A DNA stretch of 64,000 nt from Octopus vulgaris. Its lineage: Eukaryota. Each line of letters opens with the position of its first letter. Position 1 is the stretch's first letter. The stretch lies in the NCBI GenBank assembly GCA_951406725.2, contig OX597831.1, forward strand, positions 42,346,001 to 42,410,000, in the 5' to 3' direction. Below, piece after piece: positions 1-12,999 of this stretch. A model generated the notes under the pieces. That model worked only from the letters and a program-made list of their open reading frames with translations, was not told the DNA's origin and did no database searches. Made by a program: the position numbers and the translations under genes.

Positions 1-614
1 ACCTTAACTTGGTACTGATTAAGGAAAGTTTATTTATATAAATACACGATAATTCCTCAATATATGAGTTAATTTCTTCCCAAAAATTGCTCATAAAACA
101 AAAGCTCGTAAAGCAGAGCAATAATTTACCATAATAGCAATGTTATAAGTCGTAATTCGTTTCAGAAAAATATTTTACCTATAAAGTTTATAATACTCTT
201 AAATAAATGGCAACAAAACAATAGTAGAATGTAAAGAATATTTTTATGTAAAGTAAAAAGAATGTCAAAATCATTTATGATAAAAAATATTATTATAAAC
301 GTTTTCTGAATCACTTCCACTCACACTAGACTCGTGCACACCATCACTTGTAGAGGCAATCGCCGATTCCCAAGCACTCGTAGACAGACTTGAAGATTTG
401 TTTAAAAAAAAAAAAAACAGGTCGAGAGTTGTTTGCTTAGAAGAAGCTTTTTTTCACTCTCTATAAATTTTTCGGTAACACACAGAAGCATTTGTTATGG
501 TACTAGAAACTTCTGCACTTTGTTCAAAATTTGGATCTTGTGCTTGAAAAATAAAACTCATAAACCCGGGGTCTCTTAAAGTGGGTCCATGTAAAGTGAA
601 ATATTACTATCTCT

Positions 615-683
<69 letters not shown>

Positions 684-688
684 TATAT

Positions 689-945
689 ATCGTTGCTATT
701 ATGCAAAAGTGTTGTAAGTCCAAAACGTTGCTTTTTCAGAAAATGAAAAAAATAGTTTCACGAATCCATAGCAAAACTGTTGCACTACACTTTGACAATT
801 TTTGATATCTTGGCATCTGAAGCAGCTGGAGATCTGATTGTTTGACTAAAAGAACTGGCTATTGCAAGCAAAAATAAGTATTGGAAAAAAAAGAAGTTAT
901 TTGGCCAAATTTGGACATACGATAGTTTAACATAATAGCAATGAT
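689..945. repeat. Fold-back element with ~36-bp imperfect terminal inverted repeats next to a (TA)n tract
   Basis: atcgttgctattatgcaaaagtgttgtaagtccaaa (689-724) matches the reverse complement of 910-945 (atcattgctattatgttaaactatcgtatgtccaaa). Confidence 0.6.
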
Positions 946-957
946 GTTATATATCCC

Positions 958-1356
958 GTTTCATCTTTGAAATTAGACCGTAGTCATGGTGACATATTAC
1001 CTTAAAGAATTTTAGTTGAATGAATCGACCACATTACTTATTTTTGATTTTTCTTTTAAGAGTGCTACTTATGCTATTGGTCTCTTTTGCCGAACCACTA
1101 AGTTACAGGGAATGTAAACAAGCTAACACCATTTGTCAAACTGTGGTGTACGACAAACAGAGACCACATTCTCACACAACGTGTGTATGTATGTGTATGC
1201 ACACACACACACAACAAGTATCTAACAAATCTATTCACAAAGCTTTGGTTGGCCTGCTGCTCTAGTGGAAAACATTTATCCAAAGTGCCAGGCAGTGGGA
1301 CTGAATCTGGAACCATGTGTTTGGGAAGCAAACTTCTTGCCATACAGCCGTGCCTG
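958..1356 (-). mobile_element. tRNA-derived SINE, family A (degraded copy)
   Basis: Collinear similarity to 2375-2718 and 35446-35853 (gccgaaccactaagttac...cacaaagctttgg...gcagtgggactgaa). Confidence 0.75.
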
Positions 1357-1374
1357 TACCTAGATATATATGTA

Positions 1375-1621
1375 TCACGTGACGACATGACCGACCAGAC
1401 TATCAGATGTTGCTACACATCGCTGGTCACAATGCGTTCGCAGGCCAACAGAAGAAAGAGTGGTGAAAGAGTACAGCAGGGATCACCACCCCCTGCCGGA
1501 GCTTCGTGGAGCTTTTAGGTGTTTTCGCTCAATAAACACTCACAACATCCGGTCTGGGAATCGAAACCGTGATCCTACGACCGCGAGTCCACTGCCCTAA
1601 CCACTAGGCCATTGCGCCTCC
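1375..1621 (-). mobile_element. tRNA-derived SINE, family C
   Basis: Minus strand begins ggaggcgcaatggcctagtggttagggcagtggactcgcgg...ggtttcgattccc (A/B-box-like head); similar copy at 39325-39615. Confidence 0.8.
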
Positions 1622-2374
1622 TATATATGCTGGTGTCATAATATAAATATGCCTGTGTGTATGTATGTGTTCTCATTATGGGGAGTGTGCATTTTACTTG
1701 AATGAAAATTCGTTGACTTTGTAAATTAATCTTTAAGTTGGAAGCCTGAATAATTTTCATTTAAAAGTAAATGTGGATAAAAAAAACAAAACAAAGCAAA
1801 TTTCTTTTTCAATGAATCATCCTCATCACCATCACCTCCATCCTCCACCTCCTCATCATCATGATTACCATCATCATTTTTATGTCTGCTTTACCATGCT
1901 CACATGGCTTGGGCCAGTGCCTCTTGATTTGTTGTGTTGCTTTGTCAACTCTTTCATTAGGTTCAACATACTAAGACTGAATTGTACCAATCCTCCTCAT
2001 GTCTACCTTGGTCTTTCTCTTCCACTGCTTCCAAGCCTTTGGAACACCTGGCTCTTCTTTATCCCCCATTTTATTCCGCTCCTCTATGTCAATCACTTGT
2101 ACAAGTTCCTTTAAAAAAGAAAAAAAAAATGTTTGTCACATTCCTATAAAACATTTGTGTGTGTGTATGTGTGTGTTTTTATAAATATATGTCTAGTTAG
2201 GAGAAATAAATAAACAATTACGACCAATCATATTCTGCATTAGTATTCACTGCATTTTGCTTATGTTGCCTGTATGTATTTGGTTGTTACCAATTTGGGC
2301 TACAGATAGCAGATTACACTACTTCAGAACTGCTCACTGCTATTCTTTCACAACTAAACAAAACAAATATATAT

Positions 2375-2718
2375 TCTTTTACTCGTTTCAGTCATTTGAC
2401 TGCGGCCATGCTGGAGCACCGCCTTTAGTCGAACAAATCGACCCCAGGACTTATTCTTTGTTAGCCTAGCACTTATTCTATCGGTCTCTTTTGCTGAACT
2501 ACTAAGTTACGGGGATGTAAACACACCAGCTCCGGTTGTTAAGTGATGTTGGGGGGACAAACACACACACACGACGGGCTTCTCTCACTAAATCTACTCA
2601 CAAGGTTTTGGTCGGCCTGAGGCTATAGTAGAAGACACTTGCCCAAGGTGCCACGCAGTGAGACTGAACCTGGAACGAAGTGGTTGGTAAGCAAGCTACT
2701 TACCACACAGCCACTCCT
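2375..2718 (-). mobile_element. tRNA-derived SINE, family A
   Basis: Minus-strand head aggagtggctgtgtggtaagtagcttgc...ggttcagtc, internal (CA)n, conserved tail; more than 15 related full or partial copies in the window. Confidence 0.85.
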
Positions 2719-2810
2719 ATATCTATAAAAAAACACGGGCAAAATACCGTTAAGCATTTCGCCCGGCACACTAATGTTTCTGCCAGCCTGCCACCTTATA
2801 TATATATATA

Positions 2811-3658
2811 TATTGAATTATTTCATAAATAAAGTGGTTTTTTTCAATCGCATGAACTAAAAGCTGGAGGGGGATGGGATAAACTACCTGCATCAACTTG
2901 CTATAAAACCAGGTAGTAATTTTACCTTGTACTTATTCTTAGTGTAAGTTTTGAAGAGTGCAGTTCGATTTTAAAGCTATAATAGAAGGGAAAAAGGCGC
3001 ATATTCAATAACACAATGGAAAGTGCAAGGAATATCAATGCAATATATGGGGATTGGACAATAAGCTTAACCCAGTGTCAACGGTGGTTCCAGAAATTCC
3101 AAGATGGAAACTACAGCCTAGAAAATGAGCCTCATCCTGGAAGGTCTGTAGAGCTTGATGTGGATGTCCTGCAAATCCTGGTGGAAGAAAATCCCATCAT
3201 AACCGTTGAGGAACTAGCAGAAAAGCTTGGATTTGGTCATTCAACCAGTCATACAGTCATAGACACCTGTGTGCCATCAGAAAATGACCATCTTTGGTTT
3301 CAAGATGAAAGGTGTTCTTCCATCAGCAAGGATGACATTCCAAAGGCTGGAGTAGTTTGAATGGGAAATGTTGCCCTACCCACCATATTTGCCGGGCACT
3401 GCTCCGTTTGATTTTCATTTATTCTGCAGTCTTCAAAATCATTTGGATGGAAAAAATATGAATTCTGTAGACGAGGTCAGAACAGTACTGACAAGTGAAT
3501 TTTGGAAGAGGAGCCTTGCAAGACTACCAGATAGATGGGAAAGCATTGTAGAAAATGAAGAAGAATATATTTTAGATTAAAAAAGAACTTTGTTTATCTT
3601 AATTTTGAAAAATAAAAGGAGTATTAAAAAATCGCATTATTTATGGGATGATTCAATA
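2811..3658 (+). mobile_element. Internally deleted mariner (Tc1/mariner) DNA transposon fossil
   Basis: ~30-bp imperfect TIRs (tattgaattatttcataaataa / ttatttatgggatgattcaata) flanked by TA. ORF pieces 3016-3360 (HTH: CQRWFQKFQDGNYSLENEPHPGRSVE) and 3368-3580 (LPYPPYLPGTAPFDFHLF, resembling mariner YSPDLAPSDYHLF). Confidence 0.9.
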
Positions 3659-4895
3659 TATATATAACTTTACAAGGAAAAGGGAGACTGTCAAGTTTCA
3701 TCTTGCTCATCAACAAGGTCAGTTCTGATTTACTTAGTTGATTGTATATATGTTCTACTTCCAAAAGTTAAAATTGAAATTTCCAAATTGGATATATCCT
3801 AAGTAAACAAAAACAAACCGTCTATTATGGAGATGTAAATAAACTAGTACTGATTGTCAAGTGGTTGGATGTACACCACAGACACAAAGACTCTCTCTCT
3901 CTCTCTCTCTCTCAGAGCTTACCCATGTGCATTGTGAGACTGAACTCAAACCACATGGTTGCAAAGTGAGCCTATTAATCATACAGCCATGTCTGTACCA
4001 ATCTCTAGCATTTGTCATAAACATTTTTTTTCTCTTAATAGTTACTGTGTATGTTTGAGCTTTATACAGATACAAGTAGGTGTAAGGAAAGAAGGATGTA
4101 CTACTGATATTACTTGTTTAAAAAAATAAACATTTTTTGTTGTTGTTGTTTGTGCATAAATTCAATTCTCGATTTCACAACATACACATTCCATGTTACC
4201 TGAGTACAACTTGGTACAGCCATGTGTAAACGTACAGCAATTAACAATACAGAATATGATTGGTTGATAATTGTTTCCTCCCCACCTTCACTTCTAACAT
4301 ACAAACATACAAACATGTTTACACTCTTACTTTTTTCCTTGTTACAAATACAATCCCATTCTATTGTAAGTATATATTCTTAATTATTAATGAATTTAAG
4401 CTTTTTTTTTTATTCATTTACTGTAAATTAACAGAGAAAGTCATAGAGATTATGAGGTTCTTGAAAAGTTGTGCACTTATGCCATATTTCACCTACCTAC
4501 ATGCCATACTGTGCTCTACAAGATAGAACGTTCATACATATCTTAACATATATACATACACACAGTGTTTCCGAATAACTCACTTACACACGCTTCATTT
4601 TTGTATCTGGTTTGCAAGATTCTTTATGTGAATTTGTGTGTTGAAGCAAATTAGATTGTGTCTGGGGAGAGTCATATCGTCTTAATGTCTTATATTTATA
4701 TATATACATATATATATATATAAATTTTTTCCCCCAAAATAATTTTTGTTGGTCTTGCAACCTTGTCAATGGATGTTGACTCACATCCACTGACAAAGTT
4801 ACAAAAGCAATGAAAGTTTTTGTTAAAAAAAACCCCAACTAAATATAAATAATAGATGAATGGAAATCAAATCAGTGTGTTAGATAATAAGGCAT

Positions 4896-5071
4896 TATAT
4901 ATATATATATGTATATATATGTATATATACATATATGTATATATATGTATATATATATATGTATATATATGTATATATATAAATGGCGGTGCCCCAGCAT
5001 GGCCACAGCTCATTAGCTGAAACTGGAAAAAAAAAAAAAAAAAAAAAAATCAAAAATCAAATATGTATATA

Positions 5072-5160
<89 letters not shown>

Positions 5161-5274
5161 CACATATATGTGTGTGTGTGTGTGTATATATATATACACA
5201 TATATATGTGTGTGTGTGTGTGTATATATATATACACATATATATATGTGTGTGTGTATATATATACACATATA

Positions 5275-5306
<32 letters not shown>

Positions 5307-5360
5307 CACACATATATATATATATGTGTGTATATATATATATGTGTATATCTATATGTG
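4896..5360. repeat. Compound (TA)n/(TG)n microsatellite with a SINE tail fragment and poly-A
   Basis: Direct inspection; source of the YIYI/CVCV ORFs. Confidence 0.9.
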
Positions 5361-5361
5361 T

Positions 5362-5756
5362 TCTTTTACTTGTGTCAGTCATTTGACTGTGGCCATGCTG
5401 GAGCACCACCTTTAGTCAAGCAAATCAACTCCAGGACTTATTCTTTGTAAGCCCAGTACTTATTCTATTGGTCTCTTTTGCTGAACCGCTAAGTTATGGG
5501 GATGTAAACACACCAGTATCGTTTTCAAACAATGTTGGGGGAGACAAACACATTTACACAAACATATACACACACATACATATATATACATATACACGAC
5601 AGGCTTCCTTCAGTTTCCGTCTACCAAATCCACTCACAAGGCTTTGGTCAGCCTGAGGCTATAGTAGAAGACACTTGCCCAAAGTGCCACACAGTGAGAA
5701 TGAACCTGGAACCATGTATTTGGTAAGCAAGCTATTTACCACACAGCCACTCCTGC
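5362..5756 (-). mobile_element. SINE family A
   Basis: Near full-length match to 2375-2718. Confidence 0.85.
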
Positions 5757-5894
5757 GCTTACACATTCACACATACATGTATATGCACACCATATTTTAT
5801 GGTGTAGAAAATGCACTCTTGACAAAAATGTCTCAAAAAATGAACCCAGGTCCAAAATGTGAAGTTGGGCCTAGACTGCTTTAATGCACTATAA

Positions 5895-6113
5895 GCCTTT
5901 ACCATTTAGATTACACCATCAAATGTGAAGCTTTTTTATTCACATTGTTTTGAATTCATGTATTATCTTGTAGCTCCAAGATTTCTGTGGTGTGATTGTT
6001 TATTTTTAGAGCAACATTGTAGTGTAGGTGTATGTAGCAGTTTCTGGTTGATTTGAACATAAAAAAATGTAAATTATTTGGGCCATACATGGCAGATTGA
6101 TATGCTAAAAGGA
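5895..6113. mobile_element. piggyBac-type MITE (degraded copy)
   Basis: Body matches 22911-23132 and 57633-57852; degenerate ends. Confidence 0.7.
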
Positions 6114-6297
6114 TAAACATTTTTTGCTCTGATAAGTACTGCTGAAATTGGAATATATCTAATATACCTGTGCATCTTTTATACCTTCAAATATGTTGTG
6201 TGTGTATGTATATATATATATAGCAATTATGCAGATAAATTAAATATAACAGTGTTAGCTTGATAGCCAAAGTATATATATATATATATATAAATAA

Positions 6298-6409
6298 ATA
6301 AGTACATTAAAAGGCCCCTAATTAAAGAAGCAAGTACTAGATACACAAAGAGGGGATAAATTCATGAAATGGATTGCTTCTTTATTTAGGGGCCTTTTAA
6401 TGTACTTAT
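6298..6409. repeat. Short fold-back element, 36-bp inverted repeat
   Basis: ataagtacattaaaaggcccctaattaaagaagcaa vs reverse complement of 6374-6409, one mismatch. Confidence 0.85.
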
Positions 6410-6520
6410 ATATGAATAACTTATAGTCTAATGACTAATTTGTCTTTTGTGCTAGATCACTGGTAATAATAATTTATTTTATTACTCTATTTACTATATA
6501 TATATATATATATATATATA

Positions 6521-6663
6521 TGGAAAAAGAAAAAGTCAATATAGAAAATGCTAAAAACATTTCAGTACCGGTTTCAGTCATTGAGACTTTTTCAACTGGA
6601 ATGTACTGAAATGTTTTTTATTTAATTATTTTAGCATTTTCTATCTTGACTTTTTTTTTTCCA
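6521..6663 (-). mobile_element. Fold-back element in (TA)n containing a degenerate hammerhead-like motif (6558-6603)
   Basis: Nested inverted repeats. Minus strand reads cattccag-TTGAAAA-agtc tcaat gact-GAAA-ccg-GTA-ctgaaatg. Confidence 0.6.
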
Positions 6664-6698
6664 TATATATCAACTTGTGTGTTCCTTTTCAACCTTCT

Positions 6699-6746
<48 letters not shown>

Positions 6747-6944
6747 ATATATGATGTTCAGAAACTATAAGGCAATCCAATTGTCTTCAAAAACAAACAA
6801 TGTTATTTTGCCCAACTCTCTGATTATAAATGTTGCATATTCATTTATTGCCTTTTTTTTTTTACATACATTTTTATTTGCTGAATATTTTCAATAAGAT
6901 ATCATCCAGTTTGTGTATTTGTAAAATTCTTTTTCATCATACAG

Positions 6945-7034
6945 AAAACGTTTGTCTTTGACTGCAACAAAGACACTTCTAGAGACGCATGCAATCAAAC
7001 AACAACAACATAACTTACATAAGTTGAATGCCAG
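6945..7034 (+). CDS. ITSN1: Intersectin linker exon (90 nt, phase 2-2): KRLSLTATKTLLETHAIKQQQHNLHKLNA
   Basis: tttttcatcatacag acceptor, CAG|gtattt donor, open frame; AG+C joins in frame to the exon at 10097. Confidence 0.6.
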
Positions 7035-8765
7035 GTATTTGTTGTATTGAATTCTAACACAAGGTTCTCTGTTGCAGTAACACAATAACACTATTACTAC
7101 TACTGTTTATTATTACTATCTACCAGCTAAACACTTCACTATTAATGCTGTTTCTTATACCAACTTACACATTTTTTTTCCTGTTTTTGTTTATTTCTAA
7201 GTAAACCTTTCTTTTCTTTCTTTCTTTCTTTTTTCTCCTTCTTGTTCATATGGTTCTTGGATCTAACACTGCTTTCTGAAATAAATTAATAAATTCGTCA
7301 GCCACATAGTGAAATCCCATTGGTTTTGTAATGCATTTTTCTGTGCAAATTTATTGGCAGTATAGTTTAAATATATATTGGTCTTTGGGAGTGGAATTAT
7401 TTCATTTGTAGTTTCTCTTTGCAAATGGATTTATTTCAAATATATTGGTGTTTAGAGACTGGAATCATTTCAAATGCTATTTCTCTTCCTGTTTCTGGTT
7501 ATTCTTGGTGATATCATATCTGGCAATTTCTTAATATAAAATAATATTAAATATTGTAAGAAACAATTTGAGATAAATGTGCCTATTTTTCTTCCTTTTA
7601 TCAAATTAGTTCTTATGATATCTAATGTCATTTTACATTGAAATCTGAGCAGACAGTTGGTGCGTATTTCATTAACATGTCATCTTAAATGCTTTTCCTT
7701 ATCAATTCTTTATTTATTTCAAAATATTTTTCTTTTTTCTTGGCTTATTTTCTAATCATAATTTGCATGAATTCAAGCTGTAGCAAACGGCTTTTTGTTT
7801 TTGAAATAAAAAAAAAAAATCATTTTCCTTTTGTTTGAATAAAGTTTTTTTCAAATCAGTTTTTAAAAATTTGAAAGTAAAACAAAAAATTTATTAAAAA
7901 ATATATTTCGTTTTATGAAAGTGCTTGTTTGTATTCCTGAAATTGGCAAAATGAGAATTATAGCAGGTGGGGAGGTGTGATATTGGTATACTATACATAA
8001 GATGTCTTCTTTACATGCTCAGGATAACATATTCTCTATAAATTATATGACTCTCTAGGAGAATATCGGCATTCTCCAGATTCTAGAAAGAAGCAAAACC
8101 CCTTCATAAATAGATTAACACTATGGATTACTGTATCAAAGATCCATTATCTTTAAAAAGCAAAAGAACCCAAGAAAAGAAATAAAATGGAAGTTTCAAG
8201 GAATGGTCTTCAATTCCAGCAGGTTGGCTTATGATATCTCCTCTCAGAAGATAAAATATGCAGCAGAATCGAAAACCAGATAAAGTTATTAAACATGTGT
8301 AGGCAGAATTGTGTCATCTAGATTTTTAATTTGTAACCATATGGTTCCAGGTTCGATCCCATTGTGCAGAACTTCATGTGGGTGATACCCACTTGTGTGA
8401 AATCAGACAGATGGAAATTCATCAGACGTGTGTGTGTATGTGTGTGAAGATATATAACATGCATACATGTGTGTGAATATAAATATATATATATATATAT
8501 CGTTAAACGATGATGATGATGATGATATACATGCATACATGTGTGCGTGTATATAATGATATGTAAATGTAAGATCCAAGGATCCAGGTGTAGAAAGTTA
8601 GTAAATTTCGAGCAGTCCATAGAAAGTAGAAAAAACAACTTTCAGGAACAACAGTGGTTTATTGGCATAGCTGGGTAAAATTTTTTATGATATCTAAGTT
8701 TGATAAACTGAAAAGAGTCATTTTATAGTTTATGGTTAGCCACTAGCATTGCTATGTATGCGAAA

Positions 8766-8926
8766 AAATCCAAATTTAGGGAAAGGAGCAGGTAAGATCC
8801 AGGTTAAATATGTTTCCTTGCTAGTGGACCCTCCTTGTGGAACCTCATTACTGCTTTTGAAGTTTCACTAGCTAGGAAACATATGTAGCCTGGATTTCAC
8901 TTGCTCTTTTCCCTAAATTTGGATTT
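8766..8926. repeat. Fold-back element (~60-bp arms) beside (TA)n with a GAAAC-ATAT-GTA half-hammerhead motif
   Basis: Arms 8766-8826 and 8866-8926 are imperfect reverse complements; GAAACATATGTA at 8876-8887. Confidence 0.7.
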
Positions 8927-9287
8927 ATATATATATATATATATATATAAACACATTTACTTACACACATGTATGTGGTACATCATGGAATGATACCTTG
9001 TGTTATTCAAATCTGAGTGAGGTCTTCTATTTATTCCAAGGTGCACTTTACCATTCATCTCTTAGGAAGTCAATAATAAAACAATACCAGATTAGATATT
9101 GCAGCAAAGGGAGAGTTAATACAATTGACTACTCTCATGAAGGCATTGCTGCAACCTGGCCACAGTCTAAAGGCTAAACCCACTATCTTTTACTTGTTTC
9201 ATTCATTGGACTGCTGCCATAGTGGGACTCTGCCTCAAGGATTTAGTCAGACAAACCACCCCCAATATTTATTTTTTTAAAGTTTTG

Positions 9288-9600
9288 TGGAAGCACGTGG
9301 ATTAGTGGTTAGGGTATTGAACTTACAATTGTAAGATTGTGGTTTCGATCCCTGGACCAGGCGATGCATTGTGTTATTGAGCAAAGCAATTCATTTTCAC
9401 ATTGCTCCAGTCCACTCAACTGTAGAAATGAGTACCACTAGTGGAGGCACATTGCTCAGTGGTTAGGGTGTTGGTTTCACACCTGTAAGATTGTGGTTTT
9501 GATCTGTGGCCCAGGCGATCCATTATGCTCTTGAGCAAAACACTACTTCATTTCACACTGCTCTAGTTCACTAAACTGTAGAAATGAGTTTAGCCCAGAG
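9288..9600 (+). mobile_element. Two tandem family C SINE heads nested in a family A SINE
   Basis: gtggaagcacgtggattagtggttaggg... repeated at ~9441; conserved ttgagcaaa..cacttcatttcac..gctccagt.cactc motif. Confidence 0.7.
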
Positions 9601-10096
9601 AGGGATGGGTTCCTAGCTCTAGATACACTGCATGGCTGCAGTGCCCCCCCCCCCCCCAAAGGATTTAAAGTACTTGTCAATTGTCCACTTATTCTATCAG
9701 TCTCTTTTACCGAACTGGTAACCTTTGAGGACATAAACAGACTAACACTGGTTGCTGAACAGTGAAGGAACAAGCATAAAGCCACACACACACACACGTA
9801 TGGTGGGCTTCCATACAGTTTTCATCTGGCACACGTTTCTACAAGACATTGGGTCACTCCACGAAGACACTTGTCCAAGGTGCTATAGAGTGGGACTGAA
9901 ACTGAATGCACATGTCTGCACAATGAACTCCTTAAAAACACAACCTTGTTTGCTAATAAAGAACTTCTAAAACAAAATAAACGAAGAATTACAACTTCTT
10001 TCCTACTCCTGTGCCTTTTATATGCTTACAGACTCTCATAAGGATCTTGCTTTTCTTTTGTTATTTCTTAATTATTTTCTTGTTTTCTTTTGTTAG

Positions 10097-10185
10097 CTCA
10101 CAAAATGAAATGGCTGTTACAGAAGGCTCTACAGTGGAAGAAAACAAGTCAACTACTTCAGCAGAAAAGAAAGCTGATATGCCTG
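10097..10185 (+). CDS. ITSN1: Intersectin linker exon preceding SH3C (phase 2-1): SQNEMAVTEGSTVEENKSTTSAEKKADMP
   Basis: Polypyrimidine tract plus ttag acceptor; G|gtagat donor; G+TT joins in frame to the SH3C exon. Confidence 0.75.
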
Positions 10186-10214
10186 GTAGATATAAATATA
10201 TTTTATCTTTTGTC

Positions 10215-10568
10215 TTATTCTTGTTTCAGTTATTGGATTGCAGGTGTGCTGAGGCACCACCTTGAAGTGTTTTTCATCAAATTAGTTGACCCCAGTACTT
10301 ATTTTTGAAGTTTGGCACTTATTTGGTCACTGTCTTTTACTGAACCACTAAGTTACAGGGATGTAAACAAACCAGCGCTGTTTGCCAAGCAGTGGTGCAG
10401 ACACTCGCACTGTGGTCTTCCATGCTGTTTCCATCTACCAAATTCACTCACAAGACATCAGGCAGCCTGGGCCTATAGAAGAAGACACTTGCCCAAGTTG
10501 TTGTGCTGTGGGACTGAGCCTGAAACCTTGTGTTTGCTAAGTGAGCTTCTTAACCATGCCTGCACCTG
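10215..10568 (-). mobile_element. SINE family A (degraded)
   Basis: Similarity to 2375-2718. Confidence 0.75.
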
Positions 10569-11829
10569 TATATTTTCTGTAAAAGGTGGTGAGTTGATAA
10601 AATCATTAGATCATTGAATGAAAATGGTTTGTCATATTTATTCCACCTTTTTGCATTTTGAGTTCAAATCCCTCATAAATCAACTTCAACCTCTCATGAT
10701 TCTGGGGTTGATAAACAACCACTTTCATTCATTAACTCACTCATATCTTACCTCTTACTGTTAAATATTTATCACCTTAGAATTAGAGATATTGTTACAG
10801 ATCTTAAAGACAGATTTAAGATAAACTCACCCCTTAAAAATGTACAAAAACAGTATGGTTGTGTGATTGTGAAACTAGCTTTCTATGTGTGTTTTGATTC
10901 AGCCCCACTTTGTGGCATCTTGTGCAAATACTTCTTAGAACAGTCTCAGCCATGCAAAGCCTTATGAATGAATGTTGCAGAAGAAAACTGAAAGAAGCCT
11001 CTTGTCTATGTCATCATCATTACCATCATCATGTAATGTCCATCTTCTGTGGTGGCATAGTTTGGACAGTTTGAGAGGATGTGATGAGTCGGTAGATTAC
11101 AGCACATTCAAGTGTGTGTGTAATATCTTGTTTCTCTGTTAGGAGGCTCAAGCACTGACACACGTTCACACACAGCAGAAACTTGTGCCTACCAAATTCA
11201 ATCACAAGATATGTTTATATATATATATATCAGTGTATGTATGGTTGCACATGTGTGTGTTTACATTTGTCCTCTTCTGAAAATGTGTTTCAACTACAGA
11301 CGATGGTATTGCTGTCATTTTCCTTCTCGCCAAGCTATCCTGTCACTTTACACCTTCAAGGATATGTGGTGTAAGCAATCCCTTGCTTGCAAAACACATG
11401 GGAGTCAGTGACTGAAAGGGAGTCCAGCTGTAAAATAGTGCCTCAATAATATATTCATCTCACCCATGCTGGCATGGAAAAACAGACCTAAAATCAAGTG
11501 AACCTTTAAAATTTGTGTTTGTGTGTGTGTGTGTATGTGTGTGGTTATTCTATTCATAGCTTGCTCTTTGGAATGTTGCAGTTAACAGTTGTTAACTGCA
11601 GATTAAAACAGTTTTGACATCTTTCAACAGTATTGTTCTGTCTAGTGATGTCATTCAGCATTGATACCACTATGGAATGACCAAACTCTTTTCACCCACA
11701 TCATAGCATGTTTGTCATTCCTCCATATTATCTATGCAGCCACCTCTTCAAATGAGGGATGGCTACAACTACCCTAGCCATGCCATGAATATTGTCTACT
11801 TATTGCTAAGTATTTGCTCTCTATATCGG

Positions 11830-12362
11830 TCAATTCACCCATCTATCTATCTACTTGTCCCTCCACCCATTCATCCTTTCATTAATCCACCTACCTCATC
11901 CATCTATGCACCCTTCTGTCCCTCCAACCATCTGTCCATCCATCATCCTGTCTACCTATCCATCTACCCATTCATCCACCCATTTGTCCATCCATCCTTC
12001 TATCTACCTACCCATCTACCCATCCCTTCTGTCCATCCACCCATCTGTCCATTCATCCTTCCATCCATCCATCTATCCACTCTTCTGTCCATCCACCCTT
12101 CTGTCCATCCACCCTTCTGTCCATCCACCCTTCTGTCCATCCATCCTTCTGTCCACCCACCATTCAGTTTATCCATCCTTCTGTCTACCTATCCATCTGC
12201 CCCTCCATCCACTCACCCACCCTTCTGTCCACCCACCCATCTGTCATCCATCCTTCTATCTACCTATCCATCCATCCACCCTTTCACCCACATCTTATCT
12301 CTCTACCTTCCAACCAACCAACCAACCAGCCAACCAATCAATCAATCAATCAATCAACCATC
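11830..12362. repeat. Degenerate (CCAT)n/(CCAC)n/(CAAT)n low-complexity tract directly upstream of the SH3C exon
   Basis: Direct inspection; recurring unit ctgtccatccaccctt. Confidence 0.9.
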
Positions 12363-12385
12363 TATTCTGTGTCTATTTCTTCCAG

Positions 12386-12555
12386 TTCAATATGTAGCGA
12401 TGTATAATTACGTTTCTGATGAACCCTGTGATTTAACCTTTAACCAAGGAGATGTGATTACTGTTATGGCAATGGAAGGTGACTGGTGGACTGGTAATAT
12501 TGGCGATCGATCTGGAATATTTCCTGCTAACTATGTGAAGAAAATGGAAGTTCAG
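12386..12555 (+). CDS. ITSN1: Intersectin SH3C domain exon (phase 1-0)
   Basis: [56 protein letters not shown], closely resembling vertebrate ITSN SH3C; ttccag acceptor, CAG|gtaagc donor. Confidence 0.95.
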
Positions 12556-12999
12556 GTAAGCCCTGTTCTTTTTACTGTCTTCTTTTGATTTTTATAAACT
12601 GAAATAAATATGAAACTGATGAATGTAGTAACAATGATTTGCTTGGGTTATGCGCAAGGCTAAGTCTTGTAAGAGAGAAACGTTTGTATGTATGTGTGTG
12701 TGTGTGTATGCATATATATATATATGTATATGTATATATGTATATGTGTAATGTATGTGTGTGTATATATGTGTGTGTAATGTATGTGTATGTATATATG
12801 TATGTATATGTGTAATATATGTATGTATATGTGTAATGTATATGTAAATATGTGTAAAATATGTATGTAGGTATGTGCACAAAAACAAAGGTGGGTGGCA
12901 GAAACACTTTGTTGTCTTTAGATATCTTCTGAGTTCAGATTCTGATTAGGTTCCCTTCAATTTTTTCATGCCCCCACCCCAAAAAATGAACTGCCCAAT

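Noticed and set aside
4983-5450. [12 protein letters not shown] ORFs here and at 12572-12907, 51937-52318 and 59149-60508
   Set aside because: Translations of dinucleotide and tetranucleotide microsatellites
11734-12588. 284-aa ORF as a single-exon SH3 protein
   Set aside because: The first ~217 codons are a translated CCAT-type repeat and flank; only 12386-12555 is a real exon with splice sites
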